A stretch of 64,000 bases of DNA from Octopus sinensis. Lineage: Eukaryota. The notes beneath the pieces are model-generated. The model saw only the letters and a program-made list of their open reading frames with translations, had not been told where the DNA came from and ran no database searches. The stretch covers positions 98,022,001 to 98,086,000 of the forward strand of contig NC_042997.1 of the NCBI RefSeq assembly GCF_006345805.1, read 5' to 3'. Shown here piece after piece: positions 42,395 through 54,873 of the stretch (positions are counted from its first letter, which is position 1; each line of letters opens with the position of its first letter). The position numbers and the translations under genes were made by a program.

Positions 42395-42781
42395 TCTCTA
42401 TATATAAAGCTGAAGTTGTCTGTGTATGGCAGGTTTGGTAGCCTTCAACTAGCACTATCTTCTCGAGACCTTGCGGTGCAAGCTGACCAAAATTGAGAGT
42501 ATGATAGAAGGTTTGCTCTTCCTTCCGTAGTAGATAAAATACAAATCGGACCATGTTAACACCAAAAATTATTTACACCAAAAAGGTGCTTTTTTTTGTA
42601 TGAAAAGCCCTATTTTTTACGATTTTTTTACTGCTGTGTCGCCATTTTTCGGTTTATATCAACCAGAAAATTGTTCACTTAAAGAGAAAAACAGACAACA
42701 TAATGCAGAATTTTTACATTTCAGAAATTCTAATTCTAAAGGGTCGAAACAAACCCGAGCAACGCCCGGCAATACTGCTAG
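42395..42781 (+). mobile_element. Non-autonomous Helitron (387 bp)
   Basis: A|TC start (tctctatatataaagctg), subterminal hairpin ccgagcaacgcccgg, and CTAG|T end. Confidence 0.85.
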
Positions 42782-43100
42782 TAGAGAGTAAAGTGTGACT
42801 TGAAGGAGATAGAGTTGTCATTCTTATCCAGTCAGATGATACACGTAGACATCACTGCATTAATTCAAGCCTATATGTATGCGTGGTGTATATGCATGCG
42901 CGCGCGTATGTGTATGTGTGTTGTACGCGCGTACAACTGTGCAAGCGTGTATGGCAACAAAGATTGAAAACATGTCGTAGAGTAACATACATGATATCCA
43001 ATGTGTGCAATTTAATACGCGCTTGAGCAATATTATGTCATTGTGCTGTGCTCTGTATGTCTGTTTCTCTCCTTCTCCCTCTTCTGCATATAATACATAA

Positions 43101-43196
<96 letters not shown>

Positions 43197-43229
43197 ATAT
43201 ACACATGCATACATACATACATACAGAAA

Positions 43230-43306
<77 letters not shown>

Positions 43307-43591
43307 GTCTGTCTATATATATATAAGAATAAACTGGACATTTACTTTATGCTTTTTGTTATAACACCATAAATTACATAATTTTTTCGCGTATATATAT
43401 TTATTTATTTCTATACATATGCATGTCTCTAATAATTCAATTTCTTCGTATAAGTTTTCTACTGCAGCTCGAATCTTATTCATTCCTACGTGAAATTTAA
43501 TATTATATTCAATAGAAATATTCATGTTTACCTTCTTTCTTTAATGCATACTTATGTATAGTATTTGAATATCTGATTAATGGATAAGGAT

Positions 43592-43623
<32 letters not shown>

Positions 43624-43654
43624 TGTATGTATTATGTATGTATGTATGTATGTA

Positions 43655-43690
<36 letters not shown>

Positions 43691-44074
43691 GATACACACA
43701 CACACATATATACAATTAGCGAAAGCCTTGTACGGGAAATCAAACTCGCTCTGATTGACGGCTTTGCATTTTTATATACATACTCATTATATACAAGGAT
43801 GATGAAAAATGCATATATAGTATAATCAATATATTTATTATAAAAGTGAATTCATTTTGCCTACACACGTTCCGGTTTGTTACTAAATCTATATTAATGC
43901 AATTAAATTGCATTATGAATTTGAAAAAGCAAAATCCTTCGTTAGGGCTAAAATTGACTGTTAAAAAATCTTGTATCCTCGTGTCCAGTGTCGTGGTACC
44001 GCCACGATATTGTAACGGATGGTTTAGATACACTGTACCAGTGTTGTAACAATAAACAAGATAACGTGGGGCCG

Positions 44075-44452
44075 AGTCGGATGTCTCGAGATGTTCCGCG
44101 AACCCGTCAGCCAAGCGGCGTCCCGTTTGCCCGATTTATAGAGAAGAGCAGAGAAAGCGAGAGAGCAGGATATGCAGTAGATTACATTGGTGGAAGTGCA
44201 GGTGAAGGAGTCGGTGATATGATAGGGTCGATGATGGGTGCTGGTGAGGAGGCGTGGTGTTGGAGAGGTAAAGGCAAGTGGGCAGCATGCGCAGCGTGGA
44301 CAGGGGAAGGAGTCGGGTTGGGTGGTAGGGTTAGGGAAGAAGCTGTGGACCAAGAGGTCTCGTAGGTTGCAGGCTCGTTTAAAGGAAGGGAGGGGGTCGG
44401 TTAGGGAAGACGTGCGAAGTGGAGGGGTGGAATAGTGCGTTGGAGAGGTAGT
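44075..44452 (-). mobile_element. Penelope-like element fragment, GIY-YIG endonuclease region
   Basis: Peptides PCPRCACCP, ITDSFTCTSTNVIYCISC and, after a frameshift, LY(I)GQTGRRLADGFAEHL. These match the PLE zinc-binding linker and GIY-YIG pattern. Confidence 0.85.
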
Positions 44453-44483
44453 GTATATATATATATGTATATAGAATAAACAT

Positions 44484-44733
44484 AAATGCGTCCTTTTAAA
44501 GCCTACCCAGGCTCATGGGCCCGGTTTTCCAGTTTCAATGGTGTATGTGTACCCCAGCTGGACAGGACGCCAGTTCATCGCAGCGTTACTCATTTTTGCC
44601 AGCTGAGTGAAGTGGAGCAACGTGAAATGAAGTGTTTTGCTCAAGAACACAACGCGTCACCCGGTCCAGGAACCGAAACCACAATCTTACGATCATGATG
44701 CTGACACTATAACCACTAAGCCACGCGCCTCCA
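44484..44733 (-). mobile_element. tRNA-derived SINE family F with V-SINE/CORE-like motifs
   Basis: Minus strand: head ggcgcgtggcttagtggtta, then tgttcttgagcaaaacactt and gatgaactggcgtcctgtccag. The superfamily resemblance is recalled. Confidence 0.7.
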
Positions 44734-44774
44734 CTATATATATATATATATATATAATATATATATATATATAT

Positions 44775-44808
<34 letters not shown>

Positions 44809-44850
44809 GTGTGTGTGTGTGTGTGTATGTATGTATATATATATTATATA

Positions 44851-44929
<79 letters not shown>

Positions 44930-44993
44930 TTCCTTTTTGTATTTGGTATGAAAAATTAGTTATGTGAATTGGCGTGTTGAAGCTTATTTTATG

Positions 44994-45217
44994 GTGTCTG
45001 GGGAGAGTCATTCTGTTTTAATACCTTATGAATTAAGCCACTCATCAGTTCGATTTCCACTCATATACTTATTTATTTTTTCAAAATTGTCATTGCGTCT
45101 TGCAACCTCTTCAAGAAGCAACGAAAATTTTAGAAAAAATATGTAAATAAGTGGAAATCGAACCGGTGAGTGTCTTAATTTACAAGACCTTAAAACAGAA
45201 TGACTCTCCCCAGACAC
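44994..45217 (-). mobile_element. Fold-back element (~90-bp arms) with a degenerate hammerhead in the loop
   Basis: The arms begin gtgtctggggagagtcattctgttttaa and end ttaaaacagaatgactctccccagacac. The minus-strand loop reads TTGAAGA-g-gttgc-aagac-gcaat-GACA. Confidence 0.7.
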
Positions 45218-45220
45218 AAT

Positions 45221-45285
<65 letters not shown>

Positions 45286-47111
45286 CACATTTATATTCAT
45301 AAATATAGGTATGTAGCTGTATATCTACGGTTGAGTTATGTTCGCTATAATGTAAATATTTTCGCTCTGCTATACGAATTGAGTACTCTTATTGCATGTT
45401 GAATTACATAACGGAATACATGCGCATACATATTCGATTATACATATAGACACACACATACGCATACAAACACGCACACATATGTATGTATGATCTCAAA
45501 TTTAGGTTCAGTTTAATCGGCGAGATCTTGCTACGAAGTTTGTGGCCCAGAAACTTTTCGGTGATAGAAGCCTCGAACATTACAGCCAATTGCAGAAGCC
45601 ATGTTTGAAAGGCTTAGTGTCACATTATATCAGTGGCACCCAAGTGGGGTGCCACTGTGGACTGGTGTGCTACAAGTGATGAGTAAGTGCACTAAAAAAA
45701 CATTTTTAAAAGTATAATTTAAGGCTTTAGAAAATCTACATGTGTTTGAGCGATTTGGAAAATATGTTATTCATAATTTTCTTGCTCTCAAATGCAATTA
45801 ATAAAAGCATGACAGCAATATTTCTATATATTTATGCTCTAAATATTTTAACTTTGAGACATGTCTTTTTAAATACTTTTCATACAAACTGTGCCAATAA
45901 TTTCTCATTTGATCCCCGGTGTGTCACTAAGTCAAAACGATTATGGAATACTGATGAAAGTGGTTGGTAAAACAAGAGGGATAAAAACGAAAAGTATTTG
46001 CATGAAATTTATGATGCACATTTAAAGAACCTCAACCGATTGAACATAACAATATATATAGTACTTCCACAATGGAATCTATTTAGAAATAATCTATTTT
46101 GACTCTTCTTCCTTGATGCAGTGCAACTAGCCAATCTTTCGTTCTGCATACTTATAATGTTGCTTTGATATTTGTTAATTCATAAGCGTCTGTATGAATC
46201 CAATTCGTTTTTTGTTTTTATTCCTGGTTGGCTTCGTAAGTCGATTTGCACAAACCGTCTAGTTTGTTTTATTTGGTCTGTTGATTGAAAAATAAATGAT
46301 ATACCCCACCCATCTAACAACTAATATTAAAGTTTCTATGATAGCTTTACTCGGAAACCTAGCGTCAGTTAATTTGAATAGACTATTTTAGCAAAAAGGA
46401 TATGGGAACTTGTGTTCTACGATTAATCTCTATTGACTTGGCTACGTTTTGTTGTTCTACCAACTAAGAATAATGTCAGTTCAAAGCTGACAATTACAAT
46501 CAACTTAACACGCGTTGGCGTGATTTCAAGTGATAAGAAAAGAAGGAAAACATATATTGTTGATAAGAAACCCACCATTTAACATAAGTCAAAGCAAGAG
46601 AAAAGGAATGGTTTCAATTGTAAAAGCAATAAAAGATTTAATTTTTCCTTTCTTTCATATCTTTATAAGGTTGGGTTTGTGTGCTGGAACTCGTTCTAAA
46701 AAAGCTAAATGTACATGGACGTTTCTCTTTAATTTGGTATACGACTTAGTTTCAAAGATGCTTTTTTGCTAAGTAGATTGAATTATTAAAACGAAAAAAA
46801 AAATGTTATTACGTTATCAATGCAAACACCTCTTTACTAGCACAACAGGAGGTACATTGGACTTTATTTTATCACTATTCCTTCGATACTGTGCGGTTTC
46901 GCGTTCGAAGCCTAGTGGGTAGAATTTGCTATTTACCAATGTTCTACGTGAAACAAATCCTAGGATCCGAGGAAATTAGTGATTATTTTCGACAGATATA
47001 ATTCAGTACAAAACGTTTAGAAGAGCAAGAATTTGATTTGCATTGAGAAAGAGGAGGTTCTATTGTGTTCATTTGTAATTCTGAATTAAACATTTGTCGA
47101 AAATATATGAG

Positions 47112-47335
47112 GTGAACTGGGTGAATCATTAGCACGCTGAGCGGAATGCATAGCAGTATTTCGTCCATCCTTATGTTATGATTTTAAATTCTGCCGAGGT
47201 CGACTTTGCTTCTCTTTTTTTCGAGATCGATAGAATAGGTGCCAACTGAGCACTGGTGCCGATGTAATTGGTGTAGAGTAGGCTCATCAAACCAGTCTGA
47301 CCTAAAGCCCAAATTCACGGCCTCCATATTAGACC
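47112..47335 (+). mobile_element. SINE family B, diverged
   Basis: Head and ctgccgaggtcgactttgc central domain. Confidence 0.7.
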
Positions 47336-47637
47336 GATGTTGATGGGGAGAACATGCTGAGGTTTTCGCCCTGCAGTCGACTTGTATGTATATATACATA
47401 TATGTACAAAGGTCTACGATAGGAAAATTATTACATTACTTAGCCACCCTACTTCCTCATCAGGAGAGGAGATAAATATGGATGCAATGCACTGGAATAT
47501 TCGTCTCCTACATTAGGAATGACTTTAGATTAGCAACAATACATAGACACATACACAAATGAGCAAACATATATATGCATTTTTTATAAGAGCTGCATAA
47601 ATATAAAAAAAACTGCTACTCACATTCTTGCTCACAA

Positions 47638-47675
47638 CTGTCTGACGAATGGGAACGTGAAACTCTGAGTAGCAG
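47638..47675 (+). ncRNA. Intact-looking minimal type I hammerhead inside a ~90-bp micro fold-back (47601-47688)
   Basis: ctgt-CTGACGA-atg-ggaa-cgt-GAAAC-tctga-GTA^gcag. Stem I has 4 bp, stem II has 3 bp with a GNRA loop, and stem III is ACTC/GAGT. Confidence 0.75.
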
Positions 47676-47782
47676 ATTTTACTATATAATATATATATTT
47701 TTTACTATTATATATATATATTATATATATATATACATGCACACACACACACACACACAATATATATATATATATATATATA

Positions 47783-48120
47783 TTAAAGCAAAAAAGAAAA
47801 AAGGCAAACAAAGACTTGACAATGATATTTAATCTAGGTATATAATAAAAAGTTTACAGTCTCTGATAGCTGTTTCTAGAATATCCCAGCTATTGGAACA
47901 TTGTATTGGGGAAAGATTCTTCCACTCTTATGTAAGGTTAACATCTCTCCCTCCGATAACGATATACTCAACCAACGGAATCTTCACTCAACACGAGGTT
48001 CCGATAATAGCTGGGATATTCTAGAAAAATGCTCTCAGAGACTATCTAGACATTTTATTATGTAGCTAGATTAAACGTCCTTGTGAAGTCTTGCCAAAGT
48101 GTTTGCCTTTTCTGCTTTAA
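47783..48120 (+). mobile_element. Fold-back element (~117-bp arms) with a degenerate hammerhead-like motif
   Basis: 47783-47899 pairs with 47998-48120. CCGATAA-tag...cta-GAAA lies at 48001-48027. The left-arm complement retains GAAACAGCT. Confidence 0.6.
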
Positions 48121-48317
48121 TCTATACATACTGGCTCAAGGAGAAGCTACTTCTAGCCGATTTAGGAAAGGCGTTACAAAATCACATGTTCATCTGCAGT
48201 TCAACTGGAATTTTAGTGGCACACTAATTTGAGCACTTAGAGTGCATACCTATTAGTCTGAGTCACCCTTATGAACACGCCTCGTATCTTGTATATATGT
48301 ATACACACACACACACA

Positions 48318-48351
<34 letters not shown>

Positions 48352-48406
48352 CCTTAAATCCTTAAAAATGTTTCAGCCCGAAGGCTGCGGCCATGTATAT
48401 ATAATC

Positions 48407-48532
48407 AATCAAAGGACATACTAAGTATGTCTACCGCCTAGAAATAACAGTAAAAACTCTTATTTTAATCAACAAATAAGAGTTTTGACTGTTATTTTCA
48501 GGAGGTAGATATACTTAGTATGTCCTTTGATT
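48407..48532. repeat. Near-perfect hairpin, ~59-bp arms, 8-nt loop
   Basis: aatcaaaggacatactaagtat...aaactcttattt / aaataagagtttt...atacttagtatgtcctttgatt. Confidence 0.85.
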
Positions 48533-50412
48533 AAATTTGATCCTTCAGCTATTTAATGCTTTTTGGGGGGCCTGCAATCGCCTATATTATTGATTCTGTT
48601 ATTAACATTTCTAAATTGTTAGACTAGCTAATAACAGAGTCAAAGACATCTTGGCAAGTTCTTTTTTTGTGAATTACTTTTCTCGTGTATATGTATATAT
48701 ATAGGTTACATTGAAACTGAAATTTGTGTCCGAATCTGTTGTCACGTAGCAATTTAATTACGAAATAAAAATTTAAACAATGATGGTAATAACGTCCACA
48801 GGCACACGGCCAGCTGAACGGAGGGGAAGCGATTAGCCGATTTCATCAACCCCACTATTATACTGGTATTTTATGTTATCGATCCACGATGGATGATAAG
48901 TAAACTCTGAATGTATAGCCAAACATCGTTCTGACCCACGAATGGTTCCACTAATCCACGAGGAATCTGTTGTAATATTAAAGGAACGATTATTATGCTG
49001 ACAATGCCAAGAATTATGATGAAAACAAAACTTCAGCAATGATATTCATTACGACGACGTCGACAAGAACGATGACGACAGCGATGATGATGATGATGAT
49101 GATGATGTTGATGATGATGATGATGACTGCATCTTATTATAGTCGAAAATCATAGCATTATATTGGCAAAGTCTAAACAGAGAGTTGGCTCAATCATTAG
49201 CGCGCCGGACAAAATCCTTAGTGGCATTTATTCCGACTCTCTCTATATTCTAAGTTCAAATTCTACCGATGTCGACTTTGCCTTTCGTTCTTTCGGTGTG
49301 TGTGTCTGTGTGTGTGTGTGTGTGTGTTGGTGTTTGTGTGTGTGTGTGTATATGTGTGTATGTGTGTGTGTGTGAGATAAAATAAGAACGAGGTGAATAC
49401 TCGAGGCAATGTAATCGACCAACACTTTCCTTGCAAAAAGGGGGAAAGGAAAAAGAAAAAGAAATGCTTGCCTTCAATTTAGAATAATTGTTCACAAAAC
49501 CCTTAGATTACTATTTAACTAATGACTATCCGAAAAGATTTATATAATTGCATTTAAAAAATTCGATTGATAAATAGTAAATAGGAAAGAAAAGGAATAA
49601 GGAAATAAAAAGAATGAAAATGATTCAAAAGTTTAAAATATACTAAAAAGAAACAAAAGGCAAATGAGACAAAAATAAAACGAACCTCCCCCCTCTATCT
49701 CATATATATATATATGCATGTGTGTGTGAATATATATGTGTATATATGTATGTATATATGTGTATATACGTATATATATATATATGTATGTGTGTGTGTA
49801 TATATATGTGTGTATATATGTGTGTGTATATGTATGTATATATGCTTGTATATATGTATGTGTAAGAGAAGCAATGAAAGATTCGGGAAGGACTACAGTG
49901 AAATAACAGAAAAGAAAACTAAAAGAGAAATAACGAAACAAAAATGAAAAGAAAGAAAAAAAAAATGAAGGATCGTAAATAAGCCAGAATAGCAAACGAT
50001 TCAAGATGATGAGGAAGCAGGAAAAAGCAAAAATAATCTAATAAATACGTAAAGCTGTAGAAAGTTCTTGTTATAATGTTATCTGACTAGATGTGAATAG
50101 ATGGCTGAGTTTAAGACATTACATACATATAAAATCAATCAAACTAAAGATCGATCTACTAAGCAAGCAATTAATCAATGCCGCCATTTTGTAAACAAAC
50201 AAATGTGCAGAGACCATAGGTATATGCATACGTACATGCATACATGCATACATACACATGCGTACACAGCCAACACATGTATATTTATACATACACAAAC
50301 ATACATACATTCATTTTTGCATATATATATATATATTTGTATTATAATAGTCTTTGAGCTATGATTCATTCTCACAGTTACTCGTGCAGAAATGTGATAT
50401 AACAAAATGATT

Positions 50413-50444
<32 letters not shown>

Positions 50445-50510
50445 ATACACGCCCATGCGCGCACACACGCGCACACACGCGCACACACATATAATATATA
50501 TATATATATG

Positions 50511-51312
50511 TAGGGAGAATTCTCAAAAAAAAGCAAAAGATGAAGACAGGTGGTGTAGACAACAAGCAGATGTATTAGTATAACGCTCGGGAAGTGAACA
50601 ATTCTTTAATGTTTCGAGCCTACGCTCTTCCACAGAAAGGAACACAGAAAGAAACAAGGGGAGAAAATAAAGAATGTATAGTGGCTAGCGATCTATCATG
50701 GCGAATGCCAGACAGAAGGGTCACACAGGAGAGCTAGGGAAAAGGGGAGATAATAAAGTAGTGGTGACCCCAAAACGAAGGTCTGCGTGCGTGTGTATAA
50801 GAGAGTTTGTATATGCGTGTGGAAGAGGGCTGGTGATCTTGACGTGTGCGTATGTGTATGTGTAGATTTGAAAATGTGGGTCTGGGAAGTGGTCAGTGCT
50901 GATGTGTGCATGGTGGTGTGTTGATGTGATATGTTGTGGGGTATGATGGTTTAAGGTGTAGTGGTGTGTGGTGTGTGGTGTGGTGTGATGGTTTTGGGAG
51001 GTGGGAGAGGTGAGAGTGGGGAAAGCAAGGGTGGGTGTGAGTGAGGCTGAGGGCGGGGCTAGTGGTGGGGTATGTGGGAGTGGTTGTAAGGTGGGATGGG
51101 ATGTGGAAGGATAGGGAAAGCGGGGTGGAATATGTAGGGGTTAGGTAGGCTTACGAGGGAGGGGTGACGAGGAAGGGGGAGAAGGTGCGTAGGAGGTTAG
51201 ATGAAGCGGGGAGGAGATTTGAGCCCATGTGAGGCAAAGGAGCAAAGAGAGAAGATTAATCCCTGTTTACGGTGCAAACGGGAGTCTGGATGGCCCCTGT
51301 GCAAGGACAATC
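50511..51312 (-). mobile_element. Penelope-like element 3' end: GIY-YIG C-terminus, pyrimidine-rich UTR and terminal repeat with hammerhead
   Basis: Minus-strand peptide LSLHRGHPDSRLHRKQGLIFSLCSFASHGLK resembles the PLE C-terminal R..EQ.LIF.L....P.GLN pattern. A C-rich UTR and a hammerhead follow. Confidence 0.8.
50604..50639 (-). ncRNA. Hammerhead motif with variant core CUGUGGA
   Basis: cttt-CTGTGGA-a-gagc-gtag-gctc-GAAAC-ATT^aaag. Stems I and II each have 4 perfect pairs. ACAT is probably a CpG-decayed ACGT. Confidence 0.65.
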
Positions 51313-51348
51313 CGCATACATACATACATACATACATACATAGATACA

Positions 51349-51382
<34 letters not shown>

Positions 51383-53074
51383 CATATATAACAATATATA
51401 CAGTTAGGCGCGGTATAATGCCAAAAAGGAAAAAATTTATCCTCACTAATTATGACTGGGGTTGCCGAAACACCCATATTGCAAGAAATAAGATTTAAAA
51501 GCTCTTAATGTTGTATGAAGTGCACAATATATGGTTTGTGGTAAATATATATACTGGCAGGCCGATTTAGGCAAACTAGCGAACGATTGAATAGTCTTGA
51601 GTCGCTCATAGGTGCGGTTATCTCCCCTGTCAGTATATATGTATTGTGCTGTTTATACAACATTATGAGTTTTAACTCTTACTTCTTGCAATATAGGTGC
51701 TTCGTCACCATCATTCACAATTAATGATGATAAAATTTTTCGTACACACATATACACATGCCACACACCGACATACATATACACACATACTTATCATTTA
51801 TATATGTATATACATGCATATACATATATTTATATATATGTATACATACACACACATATACACACACACACATTTGTGTATGCTATGCAAAAGATATGCG
51901 TACACCAGAAAAAGTGCAAAGTCACAGGCATATATTTAATAGATATATATTTAGTCTCGCGGCGAAATTATACTCTGTGGTTGAATCACATCGGCTTCGA
52001 TAGCTGGAAACAAGGGAAGACCTAACTGGCTTTGTGTTTCTTACGATTCATCAGAGATCTCCTACATATGGTATTTATGTTTGTAATGCCAAAGGCAAGC
52101 ATCTTAGAACTGCTTACTGAAATTTTAAACAATTGTTTGTGCACGTATCGGAATAACAAGTAAACATAATACTCTACATATATACGGATTCATACACATA
52201 CTGCATACGTAATAAGTACAAACAAAGTTACCTCGTTAACGAACATCTTTCATCGTATTGCAACGACACAGCTAGAAAACTTTACTTAAATGGATTATAC
52301 CCAGTGAACCACCGTGGAATTTAAATCCAAACATAAAGAGGCGTAACCATATATCGAAAGATATTTTGTCTGATTCTCTGCAAATTCTACCACAGATTCT
52401 ATCGCAGGTTCTAGAAAGTACCAAAGTTCAGCTCTTGAAGAATGACACAAAGTAAAATATAAGTTTCAGGCGAACTCAGCCGTGAGATAGATCCTATTTC
52501 TGATTGTTAGTATTTCACTGTCTTTAAGTCACAAATGACTTAGATAAATACTAAAGAACGCAAAACTGACAACCTTTTCTTTGTAAATATGAGGCTTTGA
52601 TGCCAATGAAAAACAATTGGTCAGACAGTTACTTGCACAAATATGCCCCTGTTTGCCAACAATATCTTATTAATACGTAATGCAATAGAAGATGCCCGCT
52701 GAAGAATAATCTTTTATTATTCACGTGTTTCGCTATTTGCTTTCTGAGAATGATCTTAGCTTTAGCACTTAAGAAATTAAAAGTTTGGAAAGCTATTGAT
52801 AAGAAACAGCTTGTTTTGACGGTAAATCTAATTGGATTCGTGTGCCCCAAAGACTTCCATAAGTTAAAGAACACATTGTAAACTGTCAGTTTAGGTACTA
52901 TTTGCAATTCAAATGAATATAAGAATATATTTAATAACGATTACTATATTGCAGTAAAAAGCATTGTAACATACACTTTATATCTCTGTCTATATAGTTC
53001 GTTTTTATGTATGTATGTATGTATGTATGTATGTATGTATGTATGCATGTATGTATGTATGTATGCATGCATGT

Positions 53075-54873
53075 CAGGTCGCTCTTGAGTGCTACTGGTA
53101 CCATGTAGTCCAGTATAACCAGTTACATGGTCGGGTCGTCGGTAACTAAAGTGGCAACCCCACCAGGCTTGCTTGGTGAGGTGGGTGCTTGTTGGACTAC
53201 CTGCGGGTCAAAATAAGACCAGTGAAAGGGCGGAGGAAGTACAGCGTAGTCAACGGCCATTCGACAACGTGTGTTTGTGGACGTGGGTATGAGGTGTTTC
53301 TGTGTGTGTGTGTGTATTGTATATACTGCATTTTAAACTCTGTGTGTGTGTGTTGTATATATTATATTTCAACCTGTGTGTGTGCACATTGTATATTGTG
53401 CTTTAAATTGTATATATTTTATGTTAATTTTATTCTTAATTTTAGTCAATTTTATCTCATTTAAAAATTGTTTTTCTTATTTTAATATTTAAAAAAAATA
53501 AATAGATGAGGGGTTGATAGAGCTCCTCTGTTTTCCCAAGCCGTGGCGAGGCAATCTATCTAGGAGAAAGTAACTCTGAATTTAAATACTTCACGGTTGC
53601 CTTGTAGTTAGCCTTTGGTTGGCCAAAGACTGGGAGAAGGACACTCTGATATAAAACCTGCGACCGCAAATGCACCCAATGATGTCGACTTGCTCTTCTT
53701 TTTGGATCATACTTTGTAGTTTAGAGAGTGGAAATGATTTCTGTGCAAAACTTTTCCTCACTTTAAAAAGTGTCAAGCACAGGTATTGCTGGAGAGGAAA
53801 AGAAATGAACATCTTGTATGTACATGGCTGGCCGAAGCTTAAAAAAGAACAACTAAACAATGAAAGTTGATATTGACACTGAAGCAAATGGCAAAAAGGG
53901 CCCTGGAACATTTTGTTCTGTGGTCTGGCCCGGCAGGTATCCCAGTGCACCACAGCCTCAATCCGGACGTCATCCTGCAATTGTGAGTAAATTCAGGTTA
54001 AGATGCAAGCTTTGGAATATAGGATGTTGGAATGTTCGAACTTTATTAGACAATGATTGTCTGAAATATCGTCCGGAGAAAAGATCCACGCTTGTTGCAA
54101 TATGATGTAGATGTTGTAGCGTTAGCCGAATCAAGATTTCATGGAAGGGGGAGTTTCGTAGAGAAATCTGCAGGGTATCATTTATTTTGGAGCGTTGGAG
54201 AGGAGACCTATAAGAGAGAACCAGGAGTTGGATTTGCAATCAAAACCACTCTGGTTTCAAAACTTGAGGAACTACCATGTGGTCTTTTTGATCGTTTGAT
54301 GTCTTTAAGACTTCCATTAAGAAAAAGTCACTATGCAACACTCATAAGTATATATGGTCCAACTATGAATTCATCAGAGGATGTTAGCAACAAACAAGAT
54401 GACAATTATCCGTCAAATGTAAATAATGTGCATAATTCCTCATCTCTTAAATATAGAACTGTAAACTTGCCTTCGATTTATCACTTACAGAGATTATACC
54501 CAGTATTTCCCATGATGACAAAGCTGTCATTTTGGGTGATTTCAATGCTCGCGTTGGTGCAGATTGGGAGACTTGGGGTGTGTTAAGAAAGCAAAGGATT
54601 GGGAGTTCCAACGATAATGGTTTACTACTGTTACAAATGTGCGTAGAGATGGATTTGTGTGTCATTAATACAATGTTTCAACTAAAGAATAAGTATAAAA
54701 CGACATAGATGCATCCTGATTCTAAGAAAAGGCATATTATAGATTACATCTTCACCAGGAAACGAGATACAAGGTACTTTGCTATTGTACGAGTGATCCG
54801 TAGTGCAGAATGCTGGACTGACCATAGGCTTTTGCGTGCCAAGGTGAATTTTGTTGTCAAGCCTAAGGTTGTA
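53075..54873 (+). mobile_element. Decayed RTE-clade LINE, 5' UTR and APE endonuclease
   Basis: Peptides IGCWNVRTLLD..RPE, VVALAESR, GVGFAI, SIYGPT, ILGDFNARVG, IIDYIFTR and CWTDHRLL. The RTE-type UTR motif ggagaa...actctga occurs twice. Confidence 0.9.
54382..54462 (+). mobile_element. Solo 3' tail of the tRNA-headed hammerhead element, inserted in the RTE endonuclease region
   Basis: tgttagcaacaaacaagatgac...cataattcctcatctcttaaatatagaactgt matches the reverse complement of 12680-12772. It interrupts the peptide ...SSEDV|KLAFDLSL... Confidence 0.85.

Noticed and set aside
45630-45955. hAT-type MITE (cagtggcacccaa ... ttatggaatactg)
   Set aside because: The terminal match is too degenerate and no 8-bp target-site duplication is visible.
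52005-52050. Minus-strand CTGATGA-atcgtaa-GAAAC as a minimal hammerhead
   Set aside because: Stem II is at most 1 bp, and there is no cleavage triplet or stem I.
53075-53230. HDV-like ribozyme at the RTE 5' end
   Set aside because: A hairpin (ccatgta/tacatgg) and an actaa motif are present, but I could not fit the P1-P2-P3-P1.1 topology by eye. An RNAMotif or Infernal HDV search would settle it.
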